Below, in pieces: positions 33,234 to 40,272 of a DNA stretch of 64,000 nt. Under the pieces are notes generated by a model. That model made no database searches and had not been told where the DNA came from. It saw nothing but the letters and a program-made list of their open reading frames with translations. The stretch's first letter is position 1. Each line of letters starts with the position of its first letter. Where the stretch lies: positions 3,962 through 67,961 of the forward strand of contig JBOGEV010000118.1 of assembly GCA_050742015.1 (NCBI GenBank), read 5' to 3'. A program made the position numbers and the translations under genes. This stretch comes from Acidimicrobiia bacterium (GTDB lineage: Bacteria > Actinomycetota > Acidimicrobiia > Spongiisociales > ZC4RG35).

Positions 33234-34280
33234 TCACATTGTGGCCAGAGCAACGTTGGTGAGGGTGGGCCCGTAGCTCTCGCGGAGGAGTAGCTTGCGT
33301 TCCAGCGCTTCGATGACGGCCGAGGCGAAATCGACCTCGTGGAGGGAGGAGGCGCTGCCCAGCCCTCCCGGGCTGAACACGTTCGCTTCCATCAGCTTGT
33401 CTCCTACGATGTCGAGCCCGACCAGGAACATCCCGTCCTGGATCAGCTTGGGTCGGGCCATCCTCACCACGTCCAGCATCTCGTCGGTCACCTTCACCTT
33501 CTCGGCCTTCCCTCCGACGTGCATATTCGATCGGACATCGTCGTCCTCGTTGACCCGTCGAAAAGCGGCGACCTTCCCGTTCACCTCCAACGGCACCCCG
33601 TTCATCACGAAGAGGCGGACGTCGCCCTTTTCCGCCTCCTTCAGGTACTCCTGGACCACCACATAGCCGTCTCGGGTGATGGTCTCGATGATCTGGTTCA
33701 GGTTTTGACCCTTCTTCCCATCGATGAGGAACACCCCTTGTCCCCCCGACCCCTGCAGTGGCTTGAGCACCGCCCGGCCGCCGAGCTCGCTCACGAACTC
33801 TTTTATGTCGGCATCGGTCCGCGAGATGAGAGTGCGCGGCCGTACTTCCTCGGGAAAGTGCTGGAAGTAGGTCTTGTTGATCGCATCAGCGAGATGCACC
33901 GGGTCGTTGACCACCAACACCCCGGCCGCTGCCGCCAGCTGGCCGAAGAGCACACCGGATGCCTGGGCCCAGGGCCGCTCGGTGGCATCCTCAGCGGGGT
34001 CGTTGCGCAACAACAGGACGTCCAACTCGTCGAGGGTGATCAGCTCAGGCTCCGTCTCCGGGCTCTGGATGTCCTCGAGGAAGCTCTTCAGCGAGCGATA
34101 CGTCTTGTCCTGAGGAGCGCGTGCTCTCGCCCGCACTTCACCGCTGGCGATGTTGGAGAGGTCACCGACACCCATCATCCAGACGTCATGACCCCGCTTC
34201 CGGGCGGCGAGGGCCAGGCGAGTCGTGCTGTACTGGGGGTGTTCGGTCGCGATTTCGTTGACTACCAGCCCGAGTCTCAT
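33234..34280 (-). CDS. Glutathione-synthetase-like (GshB/RimK-type) ATP-grasp ligase
   Basis: 348 aa. VVNDP, LKPLQGSGGQGVF, VVQEYL and RSNMHVGG ATP-grasp blocks. Its stop abuts the STAND gene's stop. Confidence 0.8.
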   Translation of the reverse strand: MRLGLVVNEIATEHPQYSTTRLALAARKRGHDVWMMGVGDLSNIASGEVRARARAPQDKTYRSLKSFLEDIQSPETEPELITLDELDVLLLRNDPAEDATERPWAQASGVLFGQLAAAAGVLVVNDPVHLADAINKTYFQHFPEEVRPRTLISRTDADIKEFVSELGGRAVLKPLQGSGGQGVFLIDGKKGQNLNQIIETITRDGYVVVQEYLKEAEKGDVRLFVMNGVPLEVNGKVAAFRRVNEDDDVRSNMHVGGKAEKVKVTDEMLDVVRMARPKLIQDGMFLVGLDIVGDKLMEANVFSPGGLGSASSLHEVDFASAVIEALERKLLLRESYGPTLTNVALATM

Positions 34281-35431
34281 ACGACGACGCCTCCCAGCTC
34301 CATGACACTCGCACCGTCCCTGATTCGGGTCAGACGATCACGAGCCATTTCCGAGTCCATGAACCGCGGCCGCAGCGGCGGCTCGACCAAAACCCCCCGG
34401 TCGAGGAGGTCGACGACAAGCGGCTCGTCCTCCAAAGATATCTTGCCAACGAGGAGGGAATCGAACCGTCCACCTTCGTGGAGGTAGGCAAGAAGGCGGA
34501 TCAGACCACCCAGATAGAGGGCATCTTTGGTCATCCCACCCGAGCGGTGGGCCCGCATGGTGGTCATGAAGGCCAGGTGTCGCCCGGAACCGTGTTTTCT
34601 CAGGAGGTCGTAGGTGTCCGCGAACCGGGCTCGGTCGCTCACCGACTGGGCGGCCACGACGCGCAGCGCGAGGACGCGGAGTCTTTGCGGCCTGAGCCCT
34701 CCGCTCAGATGCTCGGCCAGAACCCCGAGCGACTCTTGGGTCTCCTCGTATCCGGCCAGGCCGAGGGAGAGCATCCGGATCGGCTGTGCGCTCCCGTTGA
34801 CATAGGTCAGGACGTGGATCCCGATCTCGTGTTGGAGCAGTTGCTCGACCCGGCCGACGGCGATGGTGGTGTCGGCGCCGATGAAAAGGTCGCCGTTCTC
34901 CACCATCACCCCGGCGGCCGTGTCGCTGATGTGGACCAGCGCCGTCAACTCGGGGAACAGAGCCCGATAGTGGTCCAACTCCCGATTGGCCAAAGTGGCC
35001 AGCCTCTCTGACGCAACGAATTCCCTGGACCGTCTTCCCGGAGGTATCTCCTCGAGGATCTGATGGGCGAGGTCCAGCAGAGTCTTCTCGACATGCCCGT
35101 ACTTCTCCACGGCCGCGAGGAGGAAGTGCTCGGTGTTCCGGCTCTCGAGCAGTTCGAGCCGACGCTCCAACTCACGGTGCATGCCCCGCATCATGTGGAT
35201 GAGAACGGGGTCGGACGCCTCCTCGGGGTTGACCTGTTCCAACTCCCTGGCCATGGCGTCGAGGTCGGGAAGGTCGGCGTAGGTGAACTCCGGGTCATCC
35301 GTCTCGCCGGCGAGATAGGCCCCGGCCATGTCGGGCACATTGGTGGGCGTGAGGAGCCGAAGCATCGGGAGGAGGCCGCAGATCTCGCTGAGCCGACGGT
35401 CGAGGGCCAGGTCGACATCATCGACGCTCAT
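34277..35431 (-). CDS. DUF1704 / QEGLA-motif protein (zincin-like putative carboxypeptidase)
   Basis: ATG at 35431 (ATGA overlap with the upstream stop); 384 aa. HEIGIH (HExxH) and TQESLGVLAE (QEGLA-type motif). Confidence 0.75.
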   Translation of the reverse strand: MSVDDVDLALDRRLSEICGLLPMLRLLTPTNVPDMAGAYLAGETDDPEFTYADLPDLDAMARELEQVNPEEASDPVLIHMMRGMHRELERRLELLESRNTEHFLLAAVEKYGHVEKTLLDLAHQILEEIPPGRRSREFVASERLATLANRELDHYRALFPELTALVHISDTAAGVMVENGDLFIGADTTIAVGRVEQLLQHEIGIHVLTYVNGSAQPIRMLSLGLAGYEETQESLGVLAEHLSGGLRPQRLRVLALRVVAAQSVSDRARFADTYDLLRKHGSGRHLAFMTTMRAHRSGGMTKDALYLGGLIRLLAYLHEGGRFDSLLVGKISLEDEPLVVDLLDRGVLVEPPLRPRFMDSEMARDRLTRIRDGASVMELGGVVV

Positions 35432-36204
35432 GCCAGCTCCCAGGCGCGCCCGACCGGCTCCGCCGAGGCGAGGAGGGCATCTCCCAGCTCCTCCAAGAGA
35501 GTCGAGTCGATCCTCCCGGTCCACTCATCCATGAACACCTTCTTCATCTCGATGGCCAGGGCACAACCCACGTCGCCGTAGTTTTCGTGCACCCAACGAG
35601 CGACCTGCCGCCCCTCGAAGCGCACGTTCTCTCTGGCGTCGAGGGGAGTCCCCGCAACGGTCGCGCCTCTCATGCTCTCGATGAAGACATCTGCGACACC
35701 CTTCCACTTGTCGGGCAGCGAGCCGGTGCCGAGGTTGACGACCGGGCTCTCCTCGGCCGGATCCGGCGGGGCCACCGGACCGGCTCGCCGGTGGTTGAAG
35801 GAGTGGAGATCGTAGAGGACGAAGCCGCCGCGCTCGACCACGAGACGATCGAGGACCGAGGCCAGGTCGGAGTAGAAGCGGTCGTAGAGGTCGAGGGATT
35901 CTGCGACATCCTCCTCGGTCGGGGGGCGGCGCCAAATGTCGAGACCCCAAGCATCGGAGGGGCCCATATAGACGGCTTTCTCCCGCTCCCGGTTCAGGTC
36001 GACCTCGAAGCGCGACCGGTGAACCACCACGCTCGGGGCGAAACGCTCGGCGATCGCCCCCGTGTGAGGATCCTCCTCGCGAAGACGCGCGGCGTCGTCC
36101 AGGATGAGCAACCTCGCCAGGCTTGGCCGGAGGTCGTGCCCATTGTGGACCGCGGTGGCGATCACGAGCTCGGTTGCAGGCAGGTTGAAAGAAGCGAATT
36201 CCAT
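35428..36204 (-). CDS. N-formylglutamate amidohydrolase (FGase) family protein
   Basis: ATG at 36204; 258 aa. VHNGH, EVDLNRE and LYDLHSF blocks typical of PF05013-like proteins. Confidence 0.75.
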   Translation of the reverse strand: MEFASFNLPATELVIATAVHNGHDLRPSLARLLILDDAARLREEDPHTGAIAERFAPSVVVHRSRFEVDLNREREKAVYMGPSDAWGLDIWRRPPTEEDVAESLDLYDRFYSDLASVLDRLVVERGGFVLYDLHSFNHRRAGPVAPPDPAEESPVVNLGTGSLPDKWKGVADVFIESMRGATVAGTPLDARENVRFEGRQVARWVHENYGDVGCALAIEMKKVFMDEWTGRIDSTLLEELGDALLASAEPVGRAWELA

Positions 36205-36334
36205 CGGTTGGGGACAATTACCCGTCCCCGATCGACCCAAAACGAACAGCGGGCCTCGTGACTTCCGCGACCAGTGAGCCACAGGCCTGGCGGGCGGAAC
36301 CAATTTCGGCTCGCCCAGAACCAGAGCAGCCCTT

Positions 36335-37546
36335 TCAGGGGCGAAGGGCGACGACCCCCGAGTGGTACCCCACGAACAGGGTCGCCTCTGCTGTCGCTCC
36401 GGTGTTCGAGTTCATCGCGTAGAGCATCCCGTTCGACGGTCGGTAGGCCCCGACGGTGTCATCGCCGTCGCCATCCCAGTCGCCTGCGACGAGGAAGTCA
36501 CCGGAGTTGCCAAACGTGAACTGGCCGTCGGCCAACCCGTGGCTGTGAGAGTTCCGGTAGTAGACGAGACCGGCCTCCTCCCGGTGCAATCCGATCGTGT
36601 CGATCCCATCCCCGTCGAAGTCGTGCACGAACGGCTTGTCTCCTTCCATTCCGAAAGTGAACGAGTGGTGCGCGGTCCCAAGTCCCCGGTCGGCCGCACC
36701 GATCTCGTTGATGATGTAGAAGCGAGCTTCCGAGGGTCGGTGGATCGACACGGTGTCGCAGCCGTCGCCATCGAAGTCGCCTGCGATCGGGAAGTCGCCG
36801 GGATTCCCGAAGTAATACGTTATGTCGGCGAGCCCTTCCGTGTTCGCATTGCTGAGATACACGTAGCCGTCGGAACGTCGGTAGAGACCGAGGGTCTCGA
36901 CGCCGTCACAGTTCCAATCCCCAGCGAACGCCACATCGCCAGGATTTCCGTAGTAGAAGGCTGAGACCTGGCGGGTAGAGGCAAGCTCGTCCCACAGGTC
37001 GAACCTGCCTCCGGCGTCCTGAAAGGCGACGGTGTCACAGACGGCACCCACTGGACAGAGACTCGACGCGCTGGTCCCGGATGTGTCGGCCGCGGTCGTG
37101 CTCGCGTCCCTCTTCATGAAGACGACGGTCACGTAGAGGTATCCATCCCTGCTTTGAGTTCCGATCCCGACGTAGTTGTAGTCGGCGAGGATGTTGTTCC
37201 TATGAGCAGGCGAATTCATGAAGGCTTGGTGGAGTGAGGTAGGGCTCTGGCCGCGGCCGACGTTTTCGCCGATCTTCTCCCAGCCTTGGCCGCCAGCCGC
37301 CCCGAGCTCCGCGGAGCTGGAGTGATACAACTCGCCGGCGTCAATCATGCCTTGAGTGTGCAAGCGGGCATGCGATTCGAGGCCATCGTCAATTTGAAGC
37401 AATCCGAGGCCGTTGGCCGAGCGCTCGGCATTGATCTTGGCGAGAAACTCGCCCTCGGTATCCGAGTCGGCGACGGCGGCGCCCTCTCCGAACAGGACCA
37501 TCGTCGCCACCAGTGACAACACGACCCAGCGCCTTGTTCCATGCAT
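36335..37546 (-). CDS. Secreted CAP/SCP domain protein with four FG-GAP/VCBS-like repeats
   Basis: 403 aa. N-terminal CAP domain paralogous to 13235..13927. Then 4 repeats containing GD(W/F)(D/N)(G/C)DG.(D/E)T.G..R. Confidence 0.85.
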   Translation of the reverse strand: MHGTRRWVVLSLVATMVLFGEGAAVADSDTEGEFLAKINAERSANGLGLLQIDDGLESHARLHTQGMIDAGELYHSSSAELGAAGGQGWEKIGENVGRGQSPTSLHQAFMNSPAHRNNILADYNYVGIGTQSRDGYLYVTVVFMKRDASTTAADTSGTSASSLCPVGAVCDTVAFQDAGGRFDLWDELASTRQVSAFYYGNPGDVAFAGDWNCDGVETLGLYRRSDGYVYLSNANTEGLADITYYFGNPGDFPIAGDFDGDGCDTVSIHRPSEARFYIINEIGAADRGLGTAHHSFTFGMEGDKPFVHDFDGDGIDTIGLHREEAGLVYYRNSHSHGLADGQFTFGNSGDFLVAGDWDGDGDDTVGAYRPSNGMLYAMNSNTGATAEATLFVGYHSGVVALRP

Positions 37547-37582
37547 CCATTGGATATCGGCTCTGGCGCCGAATCCCTTGAG

Positions 37583-38542
37583 ATGGCGCCGGAGGTGATA
37601 TCACCTCGTCTGGGCAGATCAACCCCGACGGCGAGTGGAGTCACACCGGCCACTACCGTTGCCGTGGTGCAGCGACCCGATTGGTTCCTCGAAGACCAGT
37701 ACCCCTTCGAGAGTCATTGGCAGGAGATCGACGGGGCACAGGTCCACTACCTCGACGAGGGTGAAGGCCCTGTGCTGCTCATGCTGCACGGCAATCCGAC
37801 CTGGTCATTCCTCTACCGGCGGATGGTGCCCTATTTATCGGACCGGTTCCGCTGCATCGCCATCGACTACCCCGGGTTCGGCTTGTCCAAGGCGAGAGAC
37901 GGGTTCGGGTACACCCCGGCCGAGCACGCCGAGGTGGTGGGCAAGTTCATCGATGCGCTGGATCTGCAGGGCTACACCCCGGTGATGCAGGATTGGGGTG
38001 GCCCGATCGGCCTGGCCACCGCCCTGGACCGACAGGACCGGGTGAAGGCGATGATCATCGGAAACACATGGGCGTGGCCTCGCACCGACAACGTGACACA
38101 ACGATTCTCCTCCGCGCTTGGCGAGGGGAGAACCAGTGAATTCCTGGTCGACCGGGCCAATGTCTTCGTCAACGTGTTCGTGCGAAGGGCGATGCGTCGC
38201 CGGGCGCCGAGCGGTCGAGAGATGGCCATGTGGCGAGGGCCCTTCCCAGACCAGGAATCCAGGCTCCCGATTCGAGTCTTCCCCCGGGAGCTGACCGGAT
38301 CGGCCGACTTCCTCAAATCCGTGGAGGATCGCCTCGCCGAGATCGCCGACAAGCCGACCCTGCTGTTCTGGGCCGACCAGGACCCGGCGTTCCGGGGGGT
38401 CGAGAAGCGGCGCTGGGAGTCGATCCTCACCAACCGCACCAGCTACGACCTGCGTCACGCCGGCCACTACTGGCAGGACGACGCCGGCCCCGAAGCCGCC
38501 CTCATGATCCGCTACTGGTGGGACCAGACGGGGCTGAATTGA
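37583..38542 (+). CDS. Haloalkane dehalogenase-type alpha/beta hydrolase
   Basis: Start uncertain (ATG 37583; the track start 37541 overlaps the divergent gene). HGNPTWSFLYR, QDWGGPIG (Asp nucleophile) and AGHYWQDD (His) motifs. Confidence 0.8.
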   Translation: MAPEVISPRLGRSTPTASGVTPATTVAVVQRPDWFLEDQYPFESHWQEIDGAQVHYLDEGEGPVLLMLHGNPTWSFLYRRMVPYLSDRFRCIAIDYPGFGLSKARDGFGYTPAEHAEVVGKFIDALDLQGYTPVMQDWGGPIGLATALDRQDRVKAMIIGNTWAWPRTDNVTQRFSSALGEGRTSEFLVDRANVFVNVFVRRAMRRRAPSGREMAMWRGPFPDQESRLPIRVFPRELTGSADFLKSVEDRLAEIADKPTLLFWADQDPAFRGVEKRRWESILTNRTSYDLRHAGHYWQDDAGPEAALMIRYWWDQTGLN

Positions 38543-38551
38543 CCCATCGCT

Positions 38552-38727
38552 CTGCCCAATGTGATCCTCACCCCTCACATCGGGACCTCGGCACGGCAGA
38601 CGAGAGAGTGATGGCGACCCAGGTGGTTCGGAACATCGAGATCCATCACCGAGGGGGGCGACCCCTTCACGTGCTCAATCCCGAGGTCTACGGGGAAGCT
38701 CCGCTCGATCACGAGCGGATCGGCTGA
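38552..38727 (+). pseudogene. Remnant of the C-terminal ~58 codons of a D-isomer-specific 2-hydroxyacid dehydrogenase, frameshifted
   Basis: LPNVILTPHIGTSARQTRE then TGA at 38609. The -1 frame continues MATQVVRNIEIHHRGGRPLHVLNPEVY. No N-terminal part exists because the dehalogenase gene ends at 38542. Confidence 0.6.
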
Positions 38728-38786
38728 CCCGGACCGACGAGGCGGTCCCCTGCGTCAAGGGGGCACCGGAATCGGCCCCCACTAAC

Positions 38787-39581
38787 TTGGCCAGATGCTG
38801 GCCACACCTGGCCCGTGAAGAGGCCGTGACCGCAACGAAGGGCGAATACGCCCACGAGCGCCGCAAGCACTGGCTCAAGATCCACGCCGGTGTCTATCTG
38901 GTGGTGAACGGCTTCTTCGTGGGGACCTGGCTCATGGTCCAAGGGATCCCCGACATCGAGGATCCGAATATCGAGATGTTCTTCCCCGGATGGCTTCTCC
39001 TGATCTGGGGCGTGTGCCTCGGCTTCCACGCCGTGGTTGTCTGGGCCCGTCGCCCTCAGGTCCGCCCACTGGCGATGCGGAGCGGCGGGCAGGCGGGGCG
39101 TGTGGTGAGCACCGTCCTCTTCACCGACATCGTCGGCTCGACCGAGTTGGCGGCCGGCCTCGGCGATCGCCGGTGGGCGGAAGTACTCGATCTCCATGAC
39201 CGGACGTCCCGACGAGTCGTCGTCGACAATGGCGGCCAGGTGGTGAAACAGACCGGTGACGGCACACTCGCCACCTTCGACACCCCTAACCAGGCAATAG
39301 CCGCCGCGTGGGCGCTGCGCGAGGAGTTGGGCCAACAAGACCTCCTGATCAGGGCCGGGCTCCACTCGGGAGAGATCGAGCTGAGACGCAGAGATGTTGG
39401 TGGCATCGCAGTGCACATCGCATCCCGGGTGATGGGGGCCGCAGCACCGGGAGAGATCCTGGTGTCGAGGACCGTCCGCGACCTCGTCGGGGGTTCCAAG
39501 GTCGAGTTCTCCGACCGGGGCGCCAGCCCCCTCAGAGGGCTGGAAGGCGAGTGGGAGCTCTACGCTGTGGACGCCCTGTGA
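38787..39581 (+). CDS. Membrane-anchored (2TM) class III adenylate/guanylate cyclase
   Basis: 264 aa. N-terminal 2-TM module (WLKIHAGVYLVVNGFFVGTWL...). VLFTDIVGST, QTGDGTLATF and GLHSGEIE motifs. Confidence 0.85.
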   Translation: MARCWPHLAREEAVTATKGEYAHERRKHWLKIHAGVYLVVNGFFVGTWLMVQGIPDIEDPNIEMFFPGWLLLIWGVCLGFHAVVVWARRPQVRPLAMRSGGQAGRVVSTVLFTDIVGSTELAAGLGDRRWAEVLDLHDRTSRRVVVDNGGQVVKQTGDGTLATFDTPNQAIAAAWALREELGQQDLLIRAGLHSGEIELRRRDVGGIAVHIASRVMGAAAPGEILVSRTVRDLVGGSKVEFSDRGASPLRGLEGEWELYAVDAL

Positions 39582-39618
39582 GAGAGCTCGACGTCCGTCG
39601 TCTGACCGCGGTCGACAC

Positions 39619-40107
39619 ATGTGGGGCGGGAGCGGCTCGATCCTGCGGCGACGGCTGATCCTCTTCGAGTTCCTCCTCGGCGCAGTCGGTGGTCTGGCTC
39701 TCGGGACCTGGCTCCTGCTCGACGCCAACGACGGGCTCGGCTTCGGCCTGGGCCTGTCGGCGATCGGGGTGGGTATCAACTATGTGCCCCTCGCCATCTA
39801 CGCCGTCATCTTCTCTCGCCCCGGCGCGCTGGAGAGGGAGATGCAAGGGGTCGATCTGTGGTCCGAGCTGCGCTATTACATGGGTGCCCAGTTCCGGGTG
39901 TTGGTGCCCCTGGTGGATCGCCCTCGGCGCCCTCCGCCAGGCAACGAACGCGTGATCGCGAAATCTCGTCAGCGACCAGAGATGTGGCTGCGACTACTCC
40001 GAACTAGGGTTGCGCCCTCTTCCCCCCGAGTGCCAATCGAGGTGTTCACCTCCCCGCCGAGAGTGTTGATTTTCGCGCTCTTGGCACCTCTCGAGGCCTG
40101 TGGATAA
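39619..40107 (+). CDS. Hypothetical small membrane protein; C-terminus ambiguous
   Basis: The first ~95 aa are hydrophobic and protein-like. After ...VLVPLV the frame turns Arg/Pro-rich, while the +1 frame reads WWIALGALRQATNA* (stop at 39955). Confidence 0.35.
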   Translation: MWGGSGSILRRRLILFEFLLGAVGGLALGTWLLLDANDGLGFGLGLSAIGVGINYVPLAIYAVIFSRPGALEREMQGVDLWSELRYYMGAQFRVLVPLVDRPRRPPPGNERVIAKSRQRPEMWLRLLRTRVAPSSPRVPIEVFTSPPRVLIFALLAPLEACG

Positions 40108-40115
40108 CGAAACAC

Positions 40116-40144
40116 TTGACCGATGACATATGTGTAATTACAGT
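40116..40144 (+). promoter_or_regulatory. Sigma-70-type promoter for nrdJ
   Basis: TTGACC (40116-21), 17-nt spacer, TACAGT (40139-44), in the only AT-rich patch upstream of nrdJ. Confidence 0.55.
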
Positions 40145-40153
40145 GTTGAAGTC

Positions 40154-40200
40154 CAACCAGATGTAGTGGTCGCTTCCCCTTCAACCACAACATCTTGTGG
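40154..40200 (+). promoter_or_regulatory. Tandem NrdR boxes
   Basis: CAACCAGATGTAGTGG (40154-69) and CCACAACATCTTGTGG (40185-200). Both fit acaCwAtATaTwGtgt at every strongly conserved position. They lie 31 bp apart, just downstream of the -10. Confidence 0.6.
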
Positions 40201-40272
40201 TGGTGGTAGTTGGCAATTGGACTGGCCCCGGACCTTTCACGGGGCGCTCCCCGTGCGAGGAGGCACGTTTCT

